Of a stretch of DNA of 64,000 bases, positions 18,754 to 27,750 are shown one piece after another. The stretch comes from a virus: IMG/VR virus record IMGVR_UViG_3300005613_000035, positions 1 through 64,000 of that record; one strand, given 5' to 3'. Each line of letters opens with the position of its first letter. Within the stretch, counting starts at the first letter, position 1. Under the pieces are notes generated by a model, which was not told the origin of the DNA, did not search any database, and worked only from the letters and a program-made list of their open reading frames with translations. The position numbers and the translations under genes were made by a program.

Positions 18754-19443
18754 ATGACAATAGCTATAGTATGTAGCGGTGGTAGATCTGGTACTAATTT
18801 AGCTCTTGAATCTTTAAGAGGAAATCCTTATTTTAAAGTATCAAATGTTATAGAAGATAAGTACGTATTTGTTAGAGAGGAAGAGTTAATAGATAGATAT
18901 TTAACAAAGACAGATGTTGTCTACTGTCCTACATACAAGCATTTTAAACAGTTTATGATTAAAAATAGTAATGCCAATATTATATGGACTGTTAGACATC
19001 CATACGATTGGTGTTTAAGTAAATTGTATAGAGGAAGACCAACAGAAAAAAGTCTTTGGAAATACTCTGCTGATGCTACAATACGTGGTTGCTTAATGGA
19101 TATGAGTTGGATGTATTCTCTTTTAAAAGAGTTGGAGAAAGATTATCCATTAAGAATTATTAGAGTTAGAATGGAAGACCTAATTTTAAATATTGAAACT
19201 GAAACCAAAAGAATTTGTAGACGCCTTTGCATTCTTTGGGATAAAGAAATGATGTATCCATATAAAAGAATGAGAAATAAGGATAAGAAAAAAAGGTATG
19301 GAAATAAGTTAGACACGTCTCAAATAGGGTTATATAAAAATGTAGCTACTGTGTATGATGGATATTTTATGGATAAAATGGAAGCTATAGATTTAATATT
19401 TTCTAAAGTACAACCACTTATAAGAGAATTTAACTATGAGTAG
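18754..19443 (+). CDS. Sulfotransferase (P-loop type)
   Basis: SGGRSGTN, VRHPYD...S, RMEDLI. Confidence 0.8.
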   Translation: MTIAIVCSGGRSGTNLALESLRGNPYFKVSNVIEDKYVFVREEELIDRYLTKTDVVYCPTYKHFKQFMIKNSNANIIWTVRHPYDWCLSKLYRGRPTEKSLWKYSADATIRGCLMDMSWMYSLLKELEKDYPLRIIRVRMEDLILNIETETKRICRRLCILWDKEMMYPYKRMRNKDKKKRYGNKLDTSQIGLYKNVATVYDGYFMDKMEAIDLIFSKVQPLIREFNYE

Positions 19444-19978
19444 AAAACTAATTGTATCGTTAGATACATATTCTTGGGTCAGGTTTGTTGCTGGTACAAT
19501 TATTAGAGATCATATAAATGATTATGAAGTAATAATTGTGCATGAAGATTTAAGACCTATTTTATGGATGAGAAATTTATGTGTGCCGGCTATAATAGAA
19601 CAAAGGCGACATGACTTATATCAAGTAGGAACTACATTAAATATTAAAAAAATAAGTAATTTTAAGTATACATATGGTAATGTCCCAATAAAAAAACTTA
19701 TAACAGAGTTACATTTATATATTATTTTAAATTCCATTAGTGAAGTGTATATTCAAAGTCATGATATTTTAAATATAATATTTAAGGAACTGCAACTTAA
19801 ATATAATTTTAAGCTGTTTATATTTGGTAGTAATACAGATGATGTAATAAAGAAAACAATTCTTACGCAAGATGAGTATAAAGAAAAAATAGAGTTAAGA
19901 AAATTATTGGTAGGAATTCATACAAAAGAAGATAGAGATGTATATACCACTATAGAACGATTTACAGGGGGGAGTTAA
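19436..19978 (+). CDS. Hypothetical protein, degenerate PIG-L/LmbE-like fold
   Basis: AGTIIR..DYEVIIV and KEKIEL...ERF resemble PIG-L termini; the HPDD motif is absent. Confidence 0.4.
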   Translation: MSRKLIVSLDTYSWVRFVAGTIIRDHINDYEVIIVHEDLRPILWMRNLCVPAIIEQRRHDLYQVGTTLNIKKISNFKYTYGNVPIKKLITELHLYIILNSISEVYIQSHDILNIIFKELQLKYNFKLFIFGSNTDDVIKKTILTQDEYKEKIELRKLLVGIHTKEDRDVYTTIERFTGGS

Positions 19979-21007
19979 TTGGAATTTACACATTTAAACT
20001 CGTATTTTAGTATGTTCACTGATGAGGATCTAAAAAAAGAGTATAGTTTTACAAGTGATTTAGATACAGGGGATGCACTTGCTACACCATGCTCCGTAAC
20101 TATTCTAAATTCTAATGGTGTGGATAAATCTGCAACTATGATTGCAAGTGTTACTGTTAATTCTCCTACTATATCCTTTATTGTACAAGATCCTCCAGTA
20201 GCAGACACATATGAAATTAAGATAGCATGTCCTACTGATAATGCCAGAACTCATGTTAAAAAAGTAGTTTGTGATGTGTATAATTCTACAGACTTAGTAA
20301 CCTATATAGCAGGACCTACGTCTAATAGCTATGTTACACTTAAAGAAAGCAATGATTATGTTCGTGAAGTGCGGGGGCATATATCTACTTGGGACACACT
20401 TAGCAATGCCGGTAAAAAATATTTACTTATAGAAGCAGCAAGGGATATAGATAAATTCAATTTTATTGGTAAGAAATACTATGACAACCAAGCATTGGAA
20501 TTTCCACGTGATGATCATGATAATATTACTGGAAATTGTGCTACACCTATAACTCTTTCAAGTTTTAAAAATACTTCTTTTACATCAGATACTTATGGTG
20601 CTTATCGTAGTAATACAGATTATTGGGAGTATGGTACAGTGCATATGACTGCTGCAACGGCTCTTGGGGATATTAGAAATATATCTAATAGTAATATTAC
20701 TACAGACGTAATTACCACTACGGAAGATTTTTCTGCTACTCCTACAGAGAACACAACTTTTATAGCTTTTGATCCACTTGATACTAAGCTGAAGAATGCT
20801 CAAGTAATTCAAGCACTCCATATTTTAGATACAGATGGTGGAGGTGCATTGCAGAAGTACCGAAGTGCTGGTGCAAAGAGTGTTCAAATAGGGGATGTTG
20901 AAGTAGCTTTTTCTGGTACCAGTACAATGTCAAGAGGTGTCTCGTCTAAAGCAAAACAGTTATTAAGTCAATTTATAGAACGCTATCGTCGTGTTCAAAG
21001 AGCTTAA
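19979..21007 (+). CDS. Head-tail adaptor (DnaT-like) with extra N-terminal and inserted domains
   Basis: SNSYVTL..., FIGKKY..QALEFPR, VQIGDVEVAF. Confidence 0.7.
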   Translation: MEFTHLNSYFSMFTDEDLKKEYSFTSDLDTGDALATPCSVTILNSNGVDKSATMIASVTVNSPTISFIVQDPPVADTYEIKIACPTDNARTHVKKVVCDVYNSTDLVTYIAGPTSNSYVTLKESNDYVREVRGHISTWDTLSNAGKKYLLIEAARDIDKFNFIGKKYYDNQALEFPRDDHDNITGNCATPITLSSFKNTSFTSDTYGAYRSNTDYWEYGTVHMTAATALGDIRNISNSNITTDVITTTEDFSATPTENTTFIAFDPLDTKLKNAQVIQALHILDTDGGGALQKYRSAGAKSVQIGDVEVAFSGTSTMSRGVSSKAKQLLSQFIERYRRVQRA

Positions 21008-21018
21008 GGAATTATTAA

Positions 21019-21189
21019 ATGAAAATAAATCTTGATACTAAAATTTATGATGAGGTTGACATTAAGAAAATGAAGAGGAATTTAAGGGACGCATTTAAAG
21101 AAAAAGATAGTGATGTTAAGGTACATACACCAATATCTCCAAGTAAAAAAAGAATAAGTAGGAAGAGGAGGGCGTTATGTCATCATTAG
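21019..21189 (+). CDS. Small basic hypothetical protein (56 aa, not in ORF track)
   Basis: AAGGA RBS; MKINLDTKIYDEVDIKK...RISRKRRALCHH. Confidence 0.4.
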   Translation: MKINLDTKIYDEVDIKKMKRNLRDAFKEKDSDVKVHTPISPSKKRISRKRRALCHH

Positions 21190-21494
21190 TAGCTGGACTT
21201 TTAAACCAGACTATTGACACTATCTATAGTACAAGTAGTAGTGGGTATGGGGATAAGACTGAAACTATTTTGTACACAAATATTCCATGCAGATGGCAAG
21301 AAATTTCTGTATTAAATGTTGATGCTGCTGGTGAGAAGATAGACTATGAAGTTAAAATATGGTTGCTTCCAGATATAACTATAAATAAAAATTTCAGAGT
21401 ATTGAAAGGCTCTAAGAAATATATAGTTGAGGACGTTTCCTATAAATATGATCTTGATGGTAATGCAGACCATATAGAATGTTATTTAAAGTAG
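21177..21494 (+). CDS. Head-closure/stopper protein
   Basis: GYG..., IPCRW, DLDG..DHIECYL; position after adaptor. Confidence 0.7.
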   Translation: MSSLVAGLLNQTIDTIYSTSSSGYGDKTETILYTNIPCRWQEISVLNVDAAGEKIDYEVKIWLLPDITINKNFRVLKGSKKYIVEDVSYKYDLDGNADHIECYLK

Positions 21495-21503
21495 GTTATA
21501 TAA

Positions 21504-22241
21504 TTGTTAAAACTTGATATAAAATCTAAATATCTATCGGATAAAATAACACCTTCAATATACCAAGACTCAGGTCCTCCTACGTTATTGAAAGGTAAGG
21601 GCGGTGTTTTTGCTACTAGAATTGAGCAAGCAGGTCTACCTGAAACACAAGAGGTGCTTGGTAAATTTGGGAAAGCAATAAGCATATATGCAGCAAGAGC
21701 TATATCCCTTGTTACAATTGATTTATTAGCTAATGCACAACCGAGAGTACCTGTTGATACCGGTGAGCTACGTGAGAGCGGTGTAGCTACTTTAAAAATG
21801 GGTAGAGGTGGTAAAACATATATAGGTATTGGTCATGCAGATGGAACAATAGAAGCAAGATTAGGCAATGTTACTAAAAGTAAGCTTAAGAATGTTAGAA
21901 CTTTACGAGCAGAAGTATCATATAGAAGATTGAATGAAGAAGGTGCTGATATTGCGTTATGGGCACATGAAGATTTATTACCCTATTCGTCTTCCCAACA
22001 TCCAAGAGCGAGAACTTTAGGTACTGGTCCTAAGTATTTAGAAATACCTTGGATAGAAAAAGCTGCTGAATATATCAGGTTTATAAATGATGAAGTTGCA
22101 GGATTAACAATGAAACATAATATTGCACTTATATCTAAGATGCAGCAGACAAGGACAGGTAAATATAAAGTGAATTATGTAGATTTAAATATAGATAAAA
22201 TTCAGGTAGAAGGATACTATCCTCCTGGTTGGAAACATTAA
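21504..22241 (+). CDS. Neck protein (HK97 gp10-like)
   Basis: AQPRVPVDTGELRESG, A..AHE, GPKYLEIP. Confidence 0.75.
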   Translation: MLKLDIKSKYLSDKITPSIYQDSGPPTLLKGKGGVFATRIEQAGLPETQEVLGKFGKAISIYAARAISLVTIDLLANAQPRVPVDTGELRESGVATLKMGRGGKTYIGIGHADGTIEARLGNVTKSKLKNVRTLRAEVSYRRLNEEGADIALWAHEDLLPYSSSQHPRARTLGTGPKYLEIPWIEKAAEYIRFINDEVAGLTMKHNIALISKMQQTRTGKYKVNYVDLNIDKIQVEGYYPPGWKH

Positions 22242-22259
22242 TGAATAGGCGGTAACATA

Positions 22260-22670
22260 ATGGCTAACACGATATGTAATAATGTTGCATCATATTTAAC
22301 TGATCTTGGAGCTACTCATGCTGTATGTTCAGCATTAGGAGATACTTTAACATTTGCAGAGAATTTATTTATAGGTATAAGTCCTGCTACTGATATAGAT
22401 ACTATAGCTATATTACCTTATGGTGGGTCACCACCTAATATGGATAATATACGACAGGAAGCATCTATACAAATTAGAACAAAAACGGATTCGAGGTATC
22501 GCGGGTTAGGTTTACAACAAGAAATTATAAATTTTTTACACACAAAGGAGATAGTTGGGGTAGGAAAAATATTTGCTAAACAAAGTGTTCCAATATTGTT
22601 TGATGTTCTTGAATCTGGAGAGCACACTGTGATGGTCTCAAATTTTGATATAAAATATATAAAAGTGTAG
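22260..22670 (+). CDS. Tail terminator / minor capsid-3-like protein
   Basis: NLFIG..P, YGGSPP, SIQIR, NF; position before tube. Confidence 0.72.
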   Translation: MANTICNNVASYLTDLGATHAVCSALGDTLTFAENLFIGISPATDIDTIAILPYGGSPPNMDNIRQEASIQIRTKTDSRYRGLGLQQEIINFLHTKEIVGVGKIFAKQSVPILFDVLESGEHTVMVSNFDIKYIKV

Positions 22671-22698
22671 AAAGTAAATAAAAAGAGGATTAATATTT

Positions 22699-23886
22699 AT
22701 GAAAGACTATAATGCATTAATTACAAAAGATGGTAAGCCAATAAAAATTCTAATAGCAAGTAAGCATCAGTGTATCAGATGTATTAGAATTGCTGAAGCG
22801 TTAAAATCAGTGGGATATGAGGTTGATGCCCTAACGAATAAGATATCCTACGGTACAGAGATATTTGATAAGGTGTATTATTGGGGAACAGAACAACAGT
22901 TTAAGAATCAAATATATAGTCTAAAAGGCAAACACCAGATTTTAGAATGGGAAAATGAACCGGACACTCCTGTAAGCTGGGCTGCTGAAATGGCAGATAG
23001 AGATAAAACAAAAATCATATATAATGTACATGATGCTGACACAATTCGCCGTGGTTTATCACCTCTTGACGAACGACGAGCGTATATCAATTCTGACGCT
23101 GTAATTTATGTTAGCAAACCAATACAAAAGATTTGTACAGAGTTGCATGAAATAAAAAAACCTACAATAGTATTATACAATTACGGTACAAAGAGTATGC
23201 TGGAAAATACAAAAGTAGATTGGGATACAGTACAAAATAGACCACAAACATTAGTGTATGAAGGTGGAATAAATCCAATAGGGAATACACCAGACATCCA
23301 GCAGATGAACGTAATTTTTAAATATAGAAATTTATTTCCAATATTCCAACAATTAATACAACAAGGCAATGAGGTGCATGCATACGCTGGGAATAGTGAT
23401 GCATACGAAACTGGGCAATATACGGGTGTTGTTCTTCACCCGCCTACAAAGTTTGACCAGTTGTTAAAAGAACTTACAAAGTTTAAATATAATTTACTTG
23501 TATTTAATAATGAAGATGGAAAGCAAGATCAGGTGAATTATACCACGCCAAACAAACTTTGGGATGCGTTGATTGCTGGAGTGCCATCAATTGCATGCTG
23601 GTGTAAAGAAACCGAAAAGTACGTTAAAAAGCACGATATTGGTTGGTGCTTCACGAGCATCAAGAGTATAGGCAACTGCTCTGGGATAGATCCTGAGTAC
23701 ATGGAAAAACTGGAGAATGTACGCAGGAAAAGGGAGGAATTAATATTTGAAAATCAGGTTTGTCTGCTTGAAAACTTGTACGCTGAAATATTAGGCGTTG
23801 AGAAGAAAGATATTCCTCTGAAGTTGCAAAAACAATTAAGGTTTGAATATGGAGATGAAGCGATAGATAAATCCATAAGACCTTAA
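22699..23886 (+). CDS. GT-B (GT4-like) glycosyltransferase
   Basis: IYNVHD, IYVS, LVYEGG, PNKLWDALIAGVP. Confidence 0.85.
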   Translation: MKDYNALITKDGKPIKILIASKHQCIRCIRIAEALKSVGYEVDALTNKISYGTEIFDKVYYWGTEQQFKNQIYSLKGKHQILEWENEPDTPVSWAAEMADRDKTKIIYNVHDADTIRRGLSPLDERRAYINSDAVIYVSKPIQKICTELHEIKKPTIVLYNYGTKSMLENTKVDWDTVQNRPQTLVYEGGINPIGNTPDIQQMNVIFKYRNLFPIFQQLIQQGNEVHAYAGNSDAYETGQYTGVVLHPPTKFDQLLKELTKFKYNLLVFNNEDGKQDQVNYTTPNKLWDALIAGVPSIACWCKETEKYVKKHDIGWCFTSIKSIGNCSGIDPEYMEKLENVRRKREELIFENQVCLLENLYAEILGVEKKDIPLKLQKQLRFEYGDEAIDKSIRP

Positions 23887-23917
23887 TTTGTATTAGATAG
23901 ATAGGTGGTGAAAAACT

Positions 23918-24499
23918 ATGAGTAGCAAAGGAACAATAGATAGTGATAACTATACCATCGGGGGTGGCATGCTGTACTATAATGCCACAATTGGTGCCCA
24001 AGAATGTTTAGCAACTACAACTTTTTGGACTGCACACAATAACCTCGGTAACGTAGTGTCTGCTGAAATCTCACCCGATCTTTCCTATGTTGAACACTGG
24101 AAATCTAAGAACGGGAAGAGGGTAAAAGATAAAGAGGTGGTAAATACCGCCGCTATTAATATTACGTTTACCTTTGATGAGATGAATCAGGATAACCTTA
24201 GACGCTTTCTGTTTGGTACTAACTCCTCAGCATCTAAATTCACTGTGTTGGATAACACTTTGGAGGAAGGTTGTGGGCAGTTGGTGCTGGAAACAGCAGT
24301 AGGCCAGAACATGATATATAGGTTTCCAAAATGTTCACTAAGACCTGATGGAGCGTTAACCTTAAATCCTGAGTCTTGGCATGAGGGTTCATTCACCATA
24401 AATGTGGTTGAATACATTTCTGGGGATCATACTAATGCCACACTTAATGCAACCTGGTTAACCATGCCTTTTGGTGAGGTTGACACGGCTGAATTTTAG
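23918..24499 (+). CDS. Major tail tube protein
   Basis: NYTIGGGMLY, LGNV, EH, TFTFDE...NL..FLFG; synteny. Confidence 0.8.
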   Translation: MSSKGTIDSDNYTIGGGMLYYNATIGAQECLATTTFWTAHNNLGNVVSAEISPDLSYVEHWKSKNGKRVKDKEVVNTAAINITFTFDEMNQDNLRRFLFGTNSSASKFTVLDNTLEEGCGQLVLETAVGQNMIYRFPKCSLRPDGALTLNPESWHEGSFTINVVEYISGDHTNATLNATWLTMPFGEVDTAEF

Positions 24500-24501
24500 T
24501 G

Positions 24502-24530
24502 TTGACTCTTTGTAAGTAGTGTGTTATACT
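24502..24530 (+). promoter_or_regulatory. Sigma70-type promoter for the endonuclease gene
   Basis: TTGACT-17 bp-TATACT with extended -10 TG. Confidence 0.75.
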
Positions 24531-24533
24531 GTA

Positions 24534-24567
24534 ATAATATGGGGGGAAATTATTCCTCCCATATTAT
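24534..24567 (+). promoter_or_regulatory. 15-bp hairpin abutting the RBS
   Basis: ATAATATGGGGGGAA/TTCCTCCCATATTAT (one G-U pair); GGAG at 24571, ATG at 24582. Confidence 0.7.
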
Positions 24568-24581
24568 ACAGGAGATTAAAT

Positions 24582-26774
24582 ATGAAGCATACAATTGAGT
24601 TCATCAGGTCAGAATTTGAGAAGGAAGGGTATCAGCTTTTATCTACAGAATATATAGGAGCACATGATAAGTTAGATTGTATTTGTCCGGTAGGGCATAA
24701 GATTAAGATAACTTGGCACTCGTTTAGAAAGGGGCACAGATGTCCTGAATGTTTTGGTACTAAGAGGTACGATATAGATTTTGTTAGGCAAGAGTTTGAA
24801 AAAGAAGGATACAAGCTTTTAACGAAAGGGTATAAAAACAACAAGCAAAAGATTGAATACATTTGTTCTAATGGTCATAGGAACGAAACTACATTTCATG
24901 CTTGGTTATTAGGAACAAGATGTCCTGACTGTTATAATTTAGTTAGGGGAGAAAGTCAAAAGTTTGATATTGAATATATACGAGATGCTTTTAAGAAGGA
25001 AGGATATCAGTTATTAACTAAAAAGTATATTGGGTGCAAACAGAAGCTCAATTATATTTGTCCTAATGGCCATAGAAATTCAATGATTTGGGGTAGCTTT
25101 CAACAAGGTCATAGATGTCCTGATTGCTATAATAATACTCGTAAGGGTTTTACAAAAATGGTTACAGAAAGTATTCGAGAAGAATTTAATAAAGAAGGAT
25201 ATACCTTATTAACTAAAGAATACAGGAATACAAAACAGAAATTAAGATATATTTGTCCAAATGGCCATGAAAGAACTATTACATATGATAGTTGGCGAGC
25301 AGGATCAAGATGTAAGCTATGTGTAAATAAAAATGTAAGACATACCATTGAATATGTTAGAGCTGGATTTGAAGAAGCCGGCTATATATTGTTAACTAAA
25401 GAGTATAAGAACTGCTCACAAAAGTTGGAGTATATATGTACTGAAGGTCATACTAATAGTATGTCTTGGAATGCTTGGAGAAAAGGAGCGAGATGTCCTG
25501 ACTGTTATAATTTAGTCCGGCAATATGCAGGAAGACTTACAATAGACTTTGTAAAACAAGAATTTGAGAATGAGGGATACACACTTTTATCTACAGAATA
25601 TAGTGGAGCGCATGATAAATTAAAGGTTTTGTGTCCTGAAGGTCATGAGATAGAACTAAGATATTATTCTTTTAAACAGGGTAATAGATGCCCAATATGT
25701 TTTAATGAAGTTAGAGGAGCATCTCAAAGATTAAATATTGACTTTATAAAACAGGAGTTTAATAAAGATGGCTATCAGCTATTAACAAAGGTATATAAAA
25801 ATAATACAACAAAGTTAAAGTATATTTGTCCTAAAGGACATTATGGAAATATAACTTGGAATGCTTGGAAGAGTGGCTGTAGATGTAATAAATGTTGTAT
25901 TGTTCATTCAAAAGCTGAGAATGAAATATTTGAGTTTGTTAAAGCATATTTTCCAGATGCAATACAGGGCGATAGAACAATAATAAGTCCATTTGAACTT
26001 GATATAGTAATATCTTCAAAGCTGTACGCCATAGAATATTGTGGTTTATTTTGGCATTCTGAGTCTCAGCGTAAAGACAAGAGGTATCATCTGAACAAGT
26101 TAGAATTATGTAATAATAAGGGTTATAATTTAATTACAATTTTTGAGGATGAATGGCTACACAAAAGAAATATAGTAGAGAGTAGGCTTAAAGCTATATT
26201 AGATGTACAGGATGCTGTACGAATATATGCACGAAAATGTACAATAAAAGAAGTTAGTGCTACTGTTAAGAACGAGTTTTTAAATAAATACCATATACAA
26301 GGTGCTGACAGCTCAAGCATAAAACTTGGTGCATATTATAACAATGAGTTAGTATCCATAATGACATTCAGTAAGCCATCATTATCTAAGGGATATAAAA
26401 ACTATGTTGAAGGTACGTATGAGCTAAGCAGGTTTTGTTCTCATCCAGAATATACAGTATTAGGTATTGCGGGTAAGTTGTTAAAATATTTTACCAGAAA
26501 CTATAACTATACAGAAATATACAGTTACAGTGATAGGAGATGGTCTATAGGTAATCTGTATAACAAGTTAGGGTTTACATTTATACATAGTACAAGTCCA
26601 AATTATTGGTATGTTGTGGGAGATACAAGAAAGCACAGGTTTTTATTCAGGAAATCTGAGCTTTATAAAAAGTTAGAAGTGTTTGATCCAGAATTATCAG
26701 AGTCACAAAATATGGCTAATGCTGGCATCAACAGAATATTTGATTGTGGTAATCATAAATGGAGTTATACATAA
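24582..26774 (+). CDS. Free-standing homing-endonuclease-like protein: 7 zinc-ribbon repeats + Vsr/DUF559-like nuclease + Hef/GNAT-like domain
   Basis: 7x C-x-x-GH...G.RCxxC; ELDI...IEYCG.FWH...IFEDEW; IYARKC...ELSRFC...YSDRRWS...IFDCG. Confidence 0.8.
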   Translation: MKHTIEFIRSEFEKEGYQLLSTEYIGAHDKLDCICPVGHKIKITWHSFRKGHRCPECFGTKRYDIDFVRQEFEKEGYKLLTKGYKNNKQKIEYICSNGHRNETTFHAWLLGTRCPDCYNLVRGESQKFDIEYIRDAFKKEGYQLLTKKYIGCKQKLNYICPNGHRNSMIWGSFQQGHRCPDCYNNTRKGFTKMVTESIREEFNKEGYTLLTKEYRNTKQKLRYICPNGHERTITYDSWRAGSRCKLCVNKNVRHTIEYVRAGFEEAGYILLTKEYKNCSQKLEYICTEGHTNSMSWNAWRKGARCPDCYNLVRQYAGRLTIDFVKQEFENEGYTLLSTEYSGAHDKLKVLCPEGHEIELRYYSFKQGNRCPICFNEVRGASQRLNIDFIKQEFNKDGYQLLTKVYKNNTTKLKYICPKGHYGNITWNAWKSGCRCNKCCIVHSKAENEIFEFVKAYFPDAIQGDRTIISPFELDIVISSKLYAIEYCGLFWHSESQRKDKRYHLNKLELCNNKGYNLITIFEDEWLHKRNIVESRLKAILDVQDAVRIYARKCTIKEVSATVKNEFLNKYHIQGADSSSIKLGAYYNNELVSIMTFSKPSLSKGYKNYVEGTYELSRFCSHPEYTVLGIAGKLLKYFTRNYNYTEIYSYSDRRWSIGNLYNKLGFTFIHSTSPNYWYVVGDTRKHRFLFRKSELYKKLEVFDPELSESQNMANAGINRIFDCGNHKWSYT

Positions 26775-26775
26775 T

Positions 26776-27138
26776 ATGAAACTTAGAATTATGAAGACTG
26801 ATGGGTTTGAGGATGCTGTAATTTATGAAGCTGCCTGTGCATGCGGGGATAAAAGTCATAATTTAACACTTTGGTTTGAAAAAGACAAAGCTTATTCTAA
26901 CATGATCTTCTTAACTGTTTATCAAGATTTAAAATGGTCATCTGATTGGCAGATTGGTGTTATTTTTAGAATATGGAGGAGAATAAAAGCTGCGTTAAGA
27001 ATTTTATTTATAGGTTATGTTGAGGTTGATAGTGAATTTATATTTGAAGGAAAAGAGCAGATTGATGATTTCATAGCTGCATTGCAGGAAGGTAAAAAAG
27101 AAATAGGGGGGAGTAAGTATGGAGAAAGTGGCGTGTAA
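26776..27138 (+). CDS. Hypothetical protein
   Basis: ORF with CACG..H motif. Confidence 0.65.
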   Translation: MKLRIMKTDGFEDAVIYEAACACGDKSHNLTLWFEKDKAYSNMIFLTVYQDLKWSSDWQIGVIFRIWRRIKAALRILFIGYVEVDSEFIFEGKEQIDDFIAALQEGKKEIGGSKYGESGV

Positions 27139-27310
27139 GAATTGTAAATGTATGGGTATTCCAGGTACAAAGTGTAGGTGTTGTAGTAATAAAATACCCG
27201 ATTTAGCGGTTGAAGAGAATACGTATTTAAAAGAGGAAGAAATAGTAGAGGAAGAAATAGTAGAGGAAGAAGTGTTGGAAGAAGAGAAAGATAACATATA
27301 TTTCAAATAA
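27119..27310 (+). CDS. Small Cys-rich, acidic-tailed protein
   Basis: CKNC..C..CRCC; EEEIV repeats from a 15-bp tandem repeat. Confidence 0.55.
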   Translation: MEKVACKNCKCMGIPGTKCRCCSNKIPDLAVEENTYLKEEEIVEEEIVEEEVLEEEKDNIYFK

Positions 27311-27324
27311 AAGGAATTAGACAC

Positions 27325-27750
27325 ATGACAGATAAAAAGAAAAATAAGAAAAGTGAGGAAGAGGTTTTATTCCCAGAAGCTAAATTTGGTGGATTTGAAG
27401 TTAAGCCTTGGTCATTCGGGATACTGTTTGAAATTTCTGGTTTGTTAGATGAGGTTTTAGAAAAAGTAGAAGAGAAGGGTTTGTTTGATATGTTTAATAG
27501 TGATACTATATCTTATCTATCAATGGTTAAAGTATTCACTATAGCTAGCCCGCAAATATTGAAAATCATATCAATAACTCTTAATGAAGATGAAGAGAAG
27601 ATTAAAGAACTTAGTATGGAAGATGGAATTAATATTGCTATTGAAATCACACGGCAGAATTGGACCATCTTAAAAAACGTATTGACCCCAGTGTTCCTGG
27701 GGGTTCAAGAAAAAATAGGGGAACTACCAAACGAAGAAAAACCCAGCTAA
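27325..27750 (+). CDS. Tail assembly chaperone (gpG-like)
   Basis: Lies between tube and tape measure; overlaps a -1-frame ORF. Confidence 0.8.
   Translation: MTDKKKNKKSEEEVLFPEAKFGGFEVKPWSFGILFEISGLLDEVLEKVEEKGLFDMFNSDTISYLSMVKVFTIASPQILKIISITLNEDEEKIKELSMEDGINIAIEITRQNWTILKNVLTPVFLGVQEKIGELPNEEKPS

Noticed and set aside
27232-27285. 15-bp tandem repeat GAGGAAGAAATAGTA as a mini-CRISPR
   Set aside because: No spacers; it encodes EEEIV repeats. No CRISPR array or cas gene was seen in the window.
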